In this document: one piece after another, positions 28,386 to 42,624 of the stretch
Layout: every line of letters starts with the position of its first letter
Position numbering within the stretch: the stretch's first letter is position 1
Assembly: GCF_009914755.1 (NCBI RefSeq)
Contig: NC_060948.1
Source: the human T2T-CHM13v2.0 reference genome, Homo sapiens
DNA: 64,000 nucleotides
Direction: 5' to 3' (one strand)
Program-made: the position numbers and the translations under genes
The notes under the pieces: model-generated
The model's database searches: none
Seen by the model: the letters and a program-made list of their open reading frames with translations, nothing else
Told to the model about the DNA's origin: nothing

Positions 28386-31300
28386 GGAATGGATTCGAAT
28401 GGAAGGCAAAGGAATGGAATCTATTGGAATGGAATGTAATGGAATGGAAGGGATTGGAATGGACTCGAATGGAATGGACTGCAATAGAAAGGATTCGAAT
28501 GGAATGAAAAAGAATTGAATGGAATAGAACAGAATGGAATCAAATCGAATGAAATGGAATGGAATAGAAAGGAATGGAATGAAATGGAATGGAAAGGATT
28601 CGAATGGAATGCAATCGAATGGAATGGAATCGAACGGAATGGAATAAAATGGAAGAAAACTGGCAAGAAATGGAATCGAAATGAATGGAGTGTTATGGAA
28701 CGGACTCAAAAGGAATTGAATGTAATAGAATGGAGTGGAGTGGACTCGAATATAATGGACTGGAATGGAATGAAATCACATGGAATGGGAACGAATGGAA
28801 TGGAATGGAAAGGAATGGAATGGAATGGAAAGGAATCGAATGGAAGGGAATGAAATTGAATCAACAGGAATGGAAGGGAATAGAATAGACGGTAATGGAA
28901 TGGACTCGAATAGAATGGACACGAATGCTCAAATTGAATGGACTAGAAAGGAATGGAAAGGAAAGGAATGTCATCGAATGGAATTGAATCGATTGGAATG
29001 AAATCGCATAGAATGGAGTGGAATCAAATGGAATTGAATCGAAAGGAAAGGAAGCGAATGGACTGAAATGAAATGGAATGGAATTGAATGGAAAGTAATG
29101 CAATGGAATAGAATGGAACGAAATTTCACGGAATGGAATCAAACTGAATGGAATCAAATCAATGGAATCTAATCAAATGGAATGGAAAGGAATTGAATGG
29201 AGTAGATTGGATTGGATGGGATTGGAATGAAATGTACTGGAAAGGACTCGAATTTCATGAAACGGAATGGAATGAATTGGAACGGAATGGACTCGAATGG
29301 AATGGAATGTCATCGAATGGCATCAAATGAAATGGCATCAAATGGAATGGAATCGAATGCAATGGAATGCTATGGAATGGAATGGAATGCATTGGAATGG
29401 AATGTCCTCTAATGGAATGGATTCGAGTGGAATGGAATCGAATATAATGGAGTCGAATGAAATGGAATTGAAAAGAATGGGATCGAATACAATGGAATAT
29501 ACTGGAATGTAATGTAATGAACTCGAATGTAATTGACTGGAATGGAATGTACATGAATGGAATGTAATCGAATAGAAAGTAATCCAATGGAATAGAATCT
29601 AATGCAATAAAATCGACTCAGATAGAGTAGAATGTAATGGAATGGAGTGCAGTGCAATGGAATGGAATGGAATGGAATGCAATGGAATGGAATGGAATGG
29701 AATGGGATGGAATGGTATGGAATGGATAGTAATGGACTGGAGTGAAATGGACTGGAAAGGTATGGACTCAAATTGAAAGGGCTCGAAAGGAATGGAGTCA
29801 AATGGAATGGTCTGGAATGGAATGAACACGAATGTAATGCAATCCAATAGAACGGAATCGAATGGCATGGAATATAAAGAAATGGAATCGAAGAGAATGG
29901 AAAAAAATGGAATGGAATTGAATGGAATGGAATTGAATGGAATGGGAACGAATGGAGTGAAATTGTATGCAGTAGAAGGGAATAGAATGGAATGCAAGCG
30001 AAAGGAAAGGAATGGATTGGAATGGAATGGAATTCATTGGAATGGAAGGGAATGTAGTGTAATGGACAGGCCTGGAATAAAGTGGAATGCTACGGTCTCG
30101 AATGGAATAAAAATGTATGGAATGGAATGCAATGAAACGGAATCGAATGTCATAGAATGTAATGGAATGCAAAAAAATGGAATCCAAAATCATTGACTGG
30201 AAAGGCTGTGTGGCGAAAGGAATTGACTCCAATGGAATGGAATCGAATGGAATGGAAGTGAATAGAATCGAACTAAATCGAATGGAATGGAATTGATAGG
30301 AACGGAATGGAAAGGAATGCAATGATTTGGCATGGAATGGAATCGAATGGCATCGAATGGAATGGAATGGAATGCAATGGAATGGAATGTATTAGAATGT
30401 AATGAACTTTAATGGAATGTACTCGAATGGATTCGACTGGAATGGAATGTTCTGGAAGTGAATGGACTCCAATGGAATGGATTCAAAAGGAATGGAATCG
30501 TACGGAATGGAATCTAATGGAATGGAATTAAATGGAAGTGAATCAAATTGAATAGCACGGAATTGAATTGAATGGAATGGAATGCAACGGAATCTAATGA
30601 AACGGAAAGGAAAGGAATGGAATGGAATGGAATGGGCTGGAATGGAAAGGAATCGAAACGAATGGAATGGAATCGAACTGAAGAGACTGGAATGGAATGC
30701 ACTGGAATGGAAGGGAGTTTAATGGAAGGTTCTCGAAAAAAATGGAATCGAATGGAATGGAATTGAATGGAACGGAATAGAGTCGAATGGAATTGAATGG
30801 AATGGAATGGACTAGAGTGAAATGGAATCGAACCACAAGGAATGGACAGGAATAGAATGGTCTCGAATTGAATGGAATCGTATGGAATGGCATCAAACGG
30901 AATGGAATGGACAGCCACGGAATGGAATGCACTCGAATGCAATGGAGTCGAAACTAATGGACTGGAATAGAATGGACTCGACTGGTACGGACTCCAATGG
31001 AATGGAATCGAATGGAAGGGAATCGAACGGAATGGACTCGAAGGGAAAAGACTGCAATGGAAAGGTCTCGAATGGAATGGAAATTAATGGAATGGAATGG
31101 AATCGAATGAAATGGAGTCAAAAGGAATGGAATCGAATGGCAAGAAATCGAATGTAATGGAATCGCAAGGAATTGATGTGAACGGAACGGAATGGAATGG
31201 AATCCAAAGGAATGGAATAGAATGGAATGGAATCGAATGGAAAGGACTCGAATGGAAATCACTCGAATAGAATGCAATTTAATAAAATAGGATCAAATGG

Positions 31301-31934
31301 AATGGAATGGAATGGAAAGGAATCGAAACGAAAGGAATGGAGACAGATGGAATGGAATGGAACAGAGAGCAATGGTATAGAATGGAATGGAATCATCTGG
31401 AATGGAATTGAATGGAATGGAATAATATGAAATGGAATGGAATGGAATGGAATGGAATGGAATGGAATGCCCTTGAATTAAATGGACTGGAATGGAATGG
31501 ACTCGAACAGAGTGGAATGGAAAGTGTTGAGATAGAATGCAATGGACTCCTTCGGAATGGTCTAGTATGCAATGCAATCGACTGGCAGGGAATCAAAAGG
31601 AATGTAATCGAATGGATTGGACTGGAATGCAGTGGACTCGAATAGATTGGAAACGGAATGCAAAGGAATGGAATGGAATAGTATGGAATGGAATGGAAAG
31701 GAATGGAGTGGAATAGACTAGAGTGGAATGGAATGGACTGGAAAGCAATGGACTGGAATGGAACTTTCTTGAATGGACTGGAATCAAACGGAATGGAATG
31801 CAATGCAATCAAATGGCATGGAATAAAATAGAATGAAAGAGAATCAAATGGAATTGAATCGAATGGAATCGAATGGATTGGAAAGGAATAGAATGGAATG
31901 GAATTGAATTGACTCAAATGGAATGGACTAGAAT
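28386..31934. repeat. DYZ1 unit 9 (3549 bp)
   Basis: Anchor at 28386; GGCC at 30069. Confidence 0.92.
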
Positions 31935-34900
31935 GGAATGGATTCGAATGGAAGGCAAAGGAATGGAATCTATTGGAATGGACTGTAATGGAATGGAATG
32001 GAAGGGATTGGAATGGACTCGAATGGAATGGACTGCAATAGAAAGGATTCGAATGGAATGAAAAAGAATTGAATGGAATAGAACAGAATGGAATCAAATC
32101 GAATGAAATGGAATGGAATAGAAAGGAATGGAATGAAATGGAATGGAAAGGATTCGAATGGAATGCAATCGAATGGAATGGAATCGAACGGAATGGAATA
32201 AAATGGAAGAAAACTGGCAAGAAATGGAATCGAAATGAATGGAGTGTAATGGAACGGACTCAAAAGGAATTGAATGTAATAGAATGGAGTGGAGTGGACT
32301 CGAATATAATGGACTGGAATGGAATGAAATCACATGGAATGGGAACGAATGGAATGGAATGGAAAGGAATGGAATCGAATGGAAAGGAATCGAATGGAAG
32401 GGAATGAAATTGAATCAACAGGAATGGAAGGGAATAGAATAGACGGTAATGGAATGGACTCGAATAGAATGGACACGAATGCTCAAATTGAATGGACTCG
32501 AATGGAATGGAAACGAAAGGAATGTCATCGAATAGAATTGAATCGACTGGAATGAAATCGCAAGAATGGAGTGGAATCAAATGGAATTGAATCAAAAGGA
32601 AAGGAAGCGAATGGACTGAAATGAAATGGAATGGAATTGAATGGAAAGTAATGCAATGGAATAGAATGGAACGAAATTTCACGGAATGGAATCAAACTGA
32701 AAGGAATCAAATGAATGGAATCTAATCAAATGGAATGGAAAGGAATTGAATGGAGTAGATTGGATTGGATGGGATTGGAGTGAAATGTACTGGAAAGGAC
32801 TCGAATTTCATGAAACGGAATGGAATGAATTGGAACGGAATGGACTCGAATGGAATGGAATGTCATGGAATGGCATCAAGTGGAATGGCATCAAATGGAA
32901 TGGAATCGAATGCAATGGAATGCTATGGAATGGAATGGAATGCATTGGAATGGAATGTCCTCTAATGGAATGGATTCGAGTGGAATGGAATCGAATATAA
33001 TGGAGTCGAATGAAATGGAATTGAAAGGAATGGGATCGAATACAATGGAATATGCTGGAATGTAATGTAATGAACTCGAATGTAATTGACTGGAATGGAA
33101 TGTACATGAATGGAATGTAATCGAATGGAAAGTAATCCAATGGAATAGAATCTAATGCAATAAAATCGACTCAGATAGAGTAGAATGTAATGGAATGGAG
33201 TGCAGTACAATGGAATGGAATGGAATGCAATGGAATGGAATGGAATGGAATGGAATGGAATGGAATGGGATGGAATGGGATGGAATGGTATGGAGTGGAT
33301 AGTAATGGACTGGAGTGAAATGGACTGGAAAGGAATGGACTCAAATTGAAAGGGCTCGAAAGGAATGGAGTCAAATGGAATGGTCTGGAATGGAATGAAC
33401 ACGAATGTAATGCAATCCAATAGAATGGAATCGAATGGCATGGAATATAAAGAAATGGAATCGAAGAGAATGGAAACAAATGGAATGGAATTGAATGGAA
33501 TGGAATTGAATGGAATGGGAACGAATGGAGTGAAATTGTATGCAGTAGAAGGGAATAGAATGGAATGCAAGCGAAAGGAAAGGAATGGATTGGAATGGAA
33601 TGGAATTCATTGGAATGGAAGGGAATGTAGTGTAATGGACAGGCCTGGAATAAAGTGGAATGCTACGGTCTCGAATGGAATAAAAATGTATGGAATGGAA
33701 TGCAATGAAACGGAATCGAATGTCATAGAATGTAATGGAATGCAAAAAAATGGAATCCAAAATCATTGACTGGAAAGGCTGGGTGTCGAAAGGAATTGAC
33801 TCCAATGATATGGAATCGAATGGAATGGAAGTGAATAGAATCGAACTAAATCGAATGGAATGGAATTGATAGGAACGGAATGGAAAGGAATGCAATGAAT
33901 TGGCATGGAATGGAATCGAATGGCATCGAATGGAATGGAATGGAATGCAATGGAATGGAATGTATTAGAATGTAATGAACTTTAATGGAATGTACTCGAA
34001 TGGATTCGACTGGAATGGAATGTTCTGGAAGTGAATGGACTCCAATGGAATGGATTCAAAAGGAATGGAATCGTACGGAATGGAATCTAATGGAATGGAA
34101 TTAAATGGAAATGAATCAAATTGAATAGCACGGAATTGAATTGAATGGAATGGAATGCAATGGAATCTAATGAAACGGAAAGGAAAGGAATGGAATGGAA
34201 TGGAATGGGCTGGAATGGAAAGGAATCGAAACGAATGGAATGGAATCGAACTGAAGAGACTGGAATGGAATGCACTGGAATGGAAGGGAGTGTAATGGAA
34301 GGTTCTCGAAAAAAATGGAATCGAATGGAATGGAATTGAATGGAACGGAATAGAGTCGAATGGAATTGAATGGAATGGAATGGACTAGAGTGAAATGGAA
34401 TCGAACCACAAGGAATGGACAGGAATAGAATGGTCTCGAATTGAATGGAATCGTATGGAATGGCATCAAACGGAATGGAATGGACAGCCACGGAATGGAA
34501 TGCACTCGAATGCAATGGAGTCGAAACTAATGGACTGGAATAGAATGGACTCGACTGGTACGGACTCCAATGGAATGGAATCGAATGGAAGGGAATCGAA
34601 CGGAATGGACTCGAAGGGAAAAGACTGCAATGGAAAGGTCTCGAATGGAATGGAAATTAATGGAATGGAATGGAATCGAATGAAATGGAGTCAAAAGGAA
34701 TGGAATCGAATGGCAAGAAATCGAATGTAATGGAATCGCAAGGAATTGATGTGAACGGAACGGAATGGAATGGAATCCAAAGGAATGGAATAGAATGGAA
34801 TGGAATCGAATGGAAAGGACTCGAATGGAAATCACTCGAATAGAATGCAATTTAATAAAATAGGATCAAATGGAATGGAATGGAATGGAAAGGAATCGAA

Positions 34901-35507
34901 ACGAAAGGAATGGAGACAGATGGAATGGAATGGAACAGAGAGCAATGGTATAGAATGGAATGGAATCATCTGGAATGGAATTGAATGGAATGGAATAATA
35001 TGAAATGGAATGGAATGGAATGGAATGGAATGGAATGGAATGCCCTTGAATTAAATGGACTGGAATGGAATGGACTCGAACAGAGTGGAATGGAAAGTGT
35101 TGAGATAGAATGCAATGGACTCCTTCGGAATGGTCTAGTATGCAATGCAATCGACTGGCAGGGAATCAAAAGGAATGTAATCGAATGGATTGGACTGGAA
35201 TGCAGTGGACTCGAATAGATTGGAAACGGAATGCAAAGGAATGGAATGGAATAGTATGGAATGGAATGGAAAGGAATGGAGTGGAATAGACTAGAGTGGA
35301 ATGGAATGGACTGGAAAGCAATGGACTGGAATGGAACTTTCTTGAATGGACTGGAATCAAACGGAATGGAATGCAATGCAATCAAATGGCATGGAATAAA
35401 ATAGAATGAAAGAGAATCAAATGGAATTGAATCGAATGGAATCGAATGGATTGGAAAGGAATAGAATGGAATGGAATTGAATTGACTCAAATGGAATGGA
35501 CTAGAAT
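31935..35507. repeat. DYZ1 unit 10 (3573 bp)
   Basis: Anchor at 31935; GGCC at 33642. Confidence 0.92.
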
Positions 35508-38500
35508 GGAATGGATTCGAATGGAAGGCAAAGGAATGGAATCTATTGGAATGGACTGTAATGGAATGGAATGGAAGGGATTGGAATGGACTCGAATGGA
35601 ATGGACTGCAATAGAAAGGATTCGAATGGAATGAAAAAGAATTGAATGGAATAGAACAGAATGGAATCAAATCGAATGAAATGGAATGGAATAGAAAGGA
35701 ATGGAATGAAATGGAATGGAAAGGATTCGAATGGAATGCAATCGAATGGAATGGAATCGAACGGAATGGAATAAAATGGAAGAAAACTGGCAAGAAATGG
35801 AATAGAAATGAATGGAGTGTAATGGAACGGACTCAAAAGGAATTGAATGTAATAGAATGGAGTGGAGTGGACTCGAATATAATGGACTGGAATGGAATGA
35901 AATCACATGGAATGGGAACGAATGGAATGGAATGGAAAGGAATGGAATCGAATGGAAAGGAATCGAATGGAAGGGAATGAAATTGAATCAACAGGAATGG
36001 AAGGGAATAGAATAGACGGTAATGGAATGGACTCGAATAGAATGGACACGAATGCTCAAATTGAATGGACTCGAATGGAATGGAAACGAAAGGAATGTCA
36101 TCGAATAGAATTGAATCGACTGGAATGAAATCGCAAGAATGGAGTGGAATCAAATGGAATTGAATCAAAAGGAAAGGAAGCGAATGGACTGAAATGAAAT
36201 GGAATGGAATTGAATGGAAAGTAATGCAATGGAATAGAATGGAACGAAATTTCACGGAATGGAATCAAACTGAAAGGAATCAAATCAATGGAATCTAATC
36301 AAATGGAATGGAAAGGAATTGAATGGAGTAGATTGGATTGGATGGGATTGGAGTGAAATGTACTGGAAAGGACTCGAATTTCATGAAACGGAATGGAATG
36401 AATTGGAACGGAATGGACTCGAATGGAATGGAATGTCATGGAATGGCATCAAATGGAATGGCATCAAATGGAATGGAATCGAATGCAATGGAATGCTATG
36501 GAATGGAATGGAATGCATTGGAATGGAATGTCCTCTAATGGAATGGATTCGAGTGGAATGGAATCGAATATAATGGAGTCGAATGAAATGGAATTGAAAG
36601 GAATGGGATCGAATACAATGGAATATGCTGGAATGTAATGTAATGAACTCGAATGTAATTGACTGGAATGGAATGTACATGAATGGAATGTAATCGAATG
36701 GAAAGTAATCCAATGGAATAGAATCTAATGCAATAAAATCGACTCAGATAGAGTAGAATGTAATGGAATGGAGTGCAGTACAATGGAATGGAATGGAATG
36801 CAATGGAATGGAATGGAATGGAATGGAATGGAATGGAATGGGATGGAATGGGATGGAATGGTATGGAGTGGATAGTAATGGACTGGAGTGAAATGGACTG
36901 GAAAGGAATGGACTCAAATTGAAAGGGCTCGAAAGGAATGGAGTCAAATGGAATGGTCTGGAATGGAATGAACACGAATGTAATGCAATCCAATAGAATG
37001 GAATCGAATGGCATGGAATATAAAGAAATGGAATCGAAGAGAATGGAAACAAATGGAATGGAATTGAATGGAATGGAATTGAATGGAATGGGAACGAATG
37101 GAGTGAAATTGTATGCAGTAGAAGGGAATAGAATGGAATGCAAGCGAAAGGAAAGGAATGGATTGGAATGGAATGGAATTCATTGGAATGGAAGGGAATG
37201 TAGTGTAATGGACAGGCCTGGAATAAAGTGGAATGCTACGGTCTCGAATGGAATAAAAATGTATGGAATGGAATGCAATGAAACGGAATCGAATGTCATA
37301 GAATGTAATGGAATGCAAAAAAATGGAATCCAAAATCATTGACTGGAAAGGCTGGGTGTCGAAAGGAATTGACTCCAATGATATGGAATCGAATGGAATG
37401 GAAGTGAATAGAATCGAACTAAATCGAATGGAATGGAATTGATAGGAACGGAATGGAAAGGAATGCAATGAATTGGCATGGAATGGAATCGAATGGCATC
37501 GAATGGAATGGAATGGAATGCAATGGAATGGAATGTATTAGAATGTAATGAACTTTAATGGAATGTACTCGAATGGATTCGACTGGAATGGAATGTTCTG
37601 GAAGTGAATGGACTCCAATGGAATGGATTCAAAAGGAATGGAATCGTACGGAATGGAATCTAATGGAATGGAATTAAATGGAAATGAATCAAATTGAATA
37701 GCACGGAATTGAATTGAATGGAATGGAATGCAATGGAATCTAATGAAACGGAAAGCAAAGGAATGGAATGGAATGGAATGGGCTGGAATGGAAAGGAATC
37801 GAAACGAATGGAATGGAATCGAACTGAAGAGACTGGAATGGAATGCACTGGAATGGAAGGGAGTGTAATGGAAGGTTGTCGAAAAAAATGGAATCGAATG
37901 GAATGGAATTGAATGGAACGGAATAGAGTCGAATGGAATTGAATGGAATGGAATGGACTAGAGTGAAATGGAATCGAACCACAAGGGATGGACAGGAATA
38001 GAATGGTCTCGAATTGAATGGAATCGTATGGAATGGCATCAAACGGAATGGAATGGACAGCCACGGAATGGAATGCACTCGAATGCAATGGAGTCGAAAC
38101 TAATGGACTGGAATAGAATGGACTCGACTGGTACGGACTCCAATGGAATGGAATCGAATGGAAGGGAATCGAACGGAATGGACTCGAAGGGAAAAGACTG
38201 CAATGGAAAGGTCTCGAATGGAATGGAAATTAATGGAATGGAATGGAATCGAATGAAATGGAGTCAAAAGGAATGGAATCGAATGGCAAGAAATCGAATG
38301 TAATGGAATCGCAAGGAATTGATGTGAACGGAACGGAATGGAATGGAAACCAAAGGAATGGAATAGAATGGAATGGAATCGAATGGAAAGGACTCGAATG
38401 GAAATCACTCGAATAGAATGCAATTTAATAAAATAGGATCAAATGTAATGGAATGGAATGGAAAGGAATCGAAACGAAAGGAATGGAGACAGATGGAATG

Positions 38501-39070
38501 GAATGGAACAGAGAGCAATGGTATAGAATGGAATGGAATCATCTGGAATGGAATTGAATGGAATGGAATAATATGAAATGGAATGGAATGGAATGGAATG
38601 GAATGCCCTTGAATTAAATGGACTGGAATGGAATGGACTCGAACAGAGTGGAATGGAAAGTGTTGAGATAGAATGGAATGGACTCCTTTGGAATGGTGTA
38701 GTATGCAATGCAATCGACTGGCAGGGAATCAAAAGGAATGTAATGGAATGGATTGGACTGGAATGCAATGGACTCGAATAGATTGGAAACGGAATGCAAA
38801 GGAATGGAATGGAATAGTATGGAATGGAATGGAAAGGAATGGAGTGGAATAGACTAGAGTGGAATGGAATGGACTGGAAAGCAATGGACTGGAATGGAAC
38901 TTTCTTGAATGGACTGGAATCAAACGGAATGGAATGCAATGCAATCAAATGGCATGGAATAAAATAGAATGAAAGAGAATCAAATGGAATTGAATCGAAT
39001 GGAATCGAATGGATTGGAAAGGAATAGAATGGAATGGAATGGAATTGACTCGAATGGAATGGACTAGAAT
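35508..39070. repeat. DYZ1 unit 11 (3563 bp)
   Basis: Anchor at 35508; GGCC at 37215. Confidence 0.92.
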
Positions 39071-42000
39071 GGAATGGATTCGAATGGAAGGCAAAGGAAT
39101 GGAATCTATTGGAATGGACTGTAATGGAATGGAATGGAAAGGATTGGAATGGACTCGAATGGAATGGACTGCAATAGAAAGGATTCGAATGGAATGAAAA
39201 AGAATTGAATGGAATAGAACAGAATGGAATCAAATCGAATGAAATGGAATGGAATAGAAAGGAATGGAATGAAATGGAATGGAAAGGATTCGAATGGAAT
39301 GCAATCGAATGGAATGGAATCGAACGGAATGGAATAAAATGGAAGAAAACTGGCAAGAAATGGAATCGAAATGAATGGAGTGTTATGGAACGGACTCAAA
39401 AGGAATTGAATGTAATAGAATGGAGTGGAGTGGACTCGAATATAATGGAATGGAATGGAATGAAATCACAAGGAATGGGAACGAATGGAATGGAATGGAA
39501 AGGAATGGAATCGAATGGAAAGGAATCGAATGGAAGGGAATGAAATTGAATCAACAGGAATGGAAGGGAATAGAATAGACGGTAATGGAATGGACTCGAA
39601 TAGAATGGACACGAATGCTGAAATTGAATGGACTCGAATGGAATGGAAACGAAAGGAATGTCATCGAATGGAATTGAATCGATTGGAATGAAATCGCATA
39701 GAATGGAGTGGAATCAAATGGAATTGAATCGAAAGGAAAGGAAGCGAATGGACTGAAATGAAATGGAATGGAATTGAATGGAAAGTAATGCAATGGAATA
39801 GAATGGAACGAAATTTCACGGAATGGAATCAAACTGAATGGAATCAAATCAATGGAATCAAATCAAATGGAATGGAAAGGAATTGAATGGAGTAGATTGG
39901 ATTGGATGGGATTGGAATGAAATGTACTGGAAAGGACTCGAATTTCATGAAACGGAATGGAATGAATTGGAACGGAATGGACTCGAATGGAATGGAATGT
40001 CATGGAATGGCATCAAATGGAATGGCATCAAATGGAATGGAATCGAATGCAATGGAATGCTATGGAATGGAATGGAATGCATTGGAATGGAATGTCCTCT
40101 AATGGAATGGATTCGAGTGGAATGGAATCGAATATAATGGAGTCGAATGAAATGGAATTGAAAGGAGTGGGATCGAATACAATGGAATATACTGGAATGT
40201 AATGTAATGAACTCGAATGTAATTGACTGGAATGGAATGTACATGAATGGAATGTAATCGAATGGAAAGTCATCCAATGGAATAGAATCTAATGCAATAA
40301 AACCGACTCAGATAGAGTAGAATGTAATGGAATGGAGTGCAGTGCAATGGAATGGAATGGAATGGAAGGCAATGGAATGGAATGGAATGGAATGGAATGG
40401 AATGGAATGGGATGGAATGGGATGGAATGGATAGTAATGGACTGGAGTGAAATGGACTGGAAAGGAATGGACTCAAATTGAAAGGGCTCGAAAGGAATGG
40501 AGTCAAATGGAATGGTCTGGAATGGAATGAACACGAATGTAATGCAATCCAATAGAATGGAATCGAATGGCATGGAATATAAAGAAATGGAATCGAAGAG
40601 AATGGAAACAAATGGAATGGAATTGAATGGAATGGAATTGAATGGAATGGGAACGAATGGAGTGAAATTGTATGCAGTAGAAGGGAATAGAATGGAATGC
40701 AAGCGAAAGGAAAGGAATGGATTGGAATGGAATGGAATTCATTGGAATGGAAGGGAATGTAGTGTAATGGACAGGCCTGGAATAAAGTGGAATGCTACGG
40801 TCTCGAATGGAATAAAAATGTATGGAATGGAATGCAATGAAACGGAATCGAATGTCATAGAATGTAATGGAATGCAAAAAAATGGAATCCTAAATCATTG
40901 ACTGGAAAGGCTGGGTGTCGAAAGGAATTGACTCCAATGGAATGGAATCGAATGGAATGGAAGTGAATAGAATCGAACTAAATCGAATGGAATGGAATTG
41001 ATAGGAACGGAATGGAAAGGAATGCAATGATTTGGCATGGAATGGAATCGAATGGCATCGAATGGAATGGAATGGAATGCAATGGAATGGAATGTATTAG
41101 AATGTAATGAACTTTAATGGAATGTACTCGAATGGATTCGACTGGAATGGAATGTTCTGGAAGTGAATGGACTCCAATGGAATGGATTCAAAAGGAATGG
41201 AATCGTACGGAATGGAATCTAATGGAATGGAATTAAATGGAAATGAATCAAATTGAATAGCACGGAATTGAATTGAATGGAATGGAATGCAATGGAATCT
41301 AATGAAACGGAAAGGAAAGGAATGGAATGGAATGGAAAGGGCTGGAATGGAAAGGAATCGAAACGAATGGAATGGAATCGAACTGAAGAGACTGGAATGG
41401 AATGCACTGGAATGGAAGGGAGTGTAATGGAAGGTTCTCGAAAAAAATGGAATCGAATGGAATGGAATTGAATGGAACGGAATAGAGTCGAATGGAATTG
41501 AATGGAATGGAATGGACTAGAGTGAAATGGAATCGAACCACAAGGAATGGACAGGAATAGAATGGTCTCGAATTGAATGGAATCGTATGGAATGGCATCA
41601 AACGGAATGGAATGGACAGCCACGGAATGGAATGCACTCGAATGCAATGGAGTCGAAACTAATGGACTGGAATAGAATGGACTCGACTGGTACGGACTCC
41701 AATGGAATGGAATCGAATGGAAGGGAATCGAACGGAATGGACTCGAAGGGAAAAGACTGCAATGGAAAGGTCTCGAATGGAATGGAAATTAATGGAATGG
41801 AATGGAATCGAATGAAATGGAGTCAAAAGGAATGGAATCGAATGGCAAGAAATCGAATGTAATGGAATCGCAAGGAATTGATGTGAACGGAACGGAATGG
41901 AATGGAATCCAAAGGAATGGAATAGAATGGAATGGAATCGAATGGAAAGGACTCGAATGGAAATCACTCGAATAGAATGCAATTTAATAAAATAGGATCA

Positions 42001-42624
42001 AATGTAATGGAATGGAATGGAAAGGAATCGAAACGAAAGGAATGGAGACAGATGGAATGGAATGGAACAGAGAGCAATGGTATAGAATGGAATGGAATCA
42101 TCTGGAATGGAATTGAATGGAATGGAATAATATGAAATGGAATGGAATGGAATGGAATGGAATGGAATGGAATGCCCTTGAATTAAATGGACTGGAATGG
42201 AATGGACTCGAACAGAGTGGAATGGAAAGTGTTGAGATAGAATGCAATGGACTCCTTCGGAATGGTCTAGTATGCAATGCAATCGACTGGCAGGGAATCA
42301 AAAGGAATGTAATCGAATGGATTGGACTGGAATGCAGTGGACTCGAATAGATTGGAAACGGAATGCAAAGGAATGGAATGGAATAGTATGGAATGGAATG
42401 GAAAGGAATGGAGTGGAATAGACTAGAGTGGAATGGAATGGACTGGAAAGCAATGGACTGGAATGGAACTTTCTTGAATGGACTGGAATCAAACGGAATG
42501 GAATGCAATGCAATCAAATGGCATGGAATAAAATAGAATGAAAGAGAATCAAATGGAATTGAATCGAATGGAATCGAATGGATTGGAAAGGAATAGAATG
42601 GAATGGAATGGAATGGACTAGAAT
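39071..42624. repeat. DYZ1 unit 12 (3554 bp)
   Basis: Anchor at 39071; GGCC at 40774; 15-bp deletion near 42605. Confidence 0.92.
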
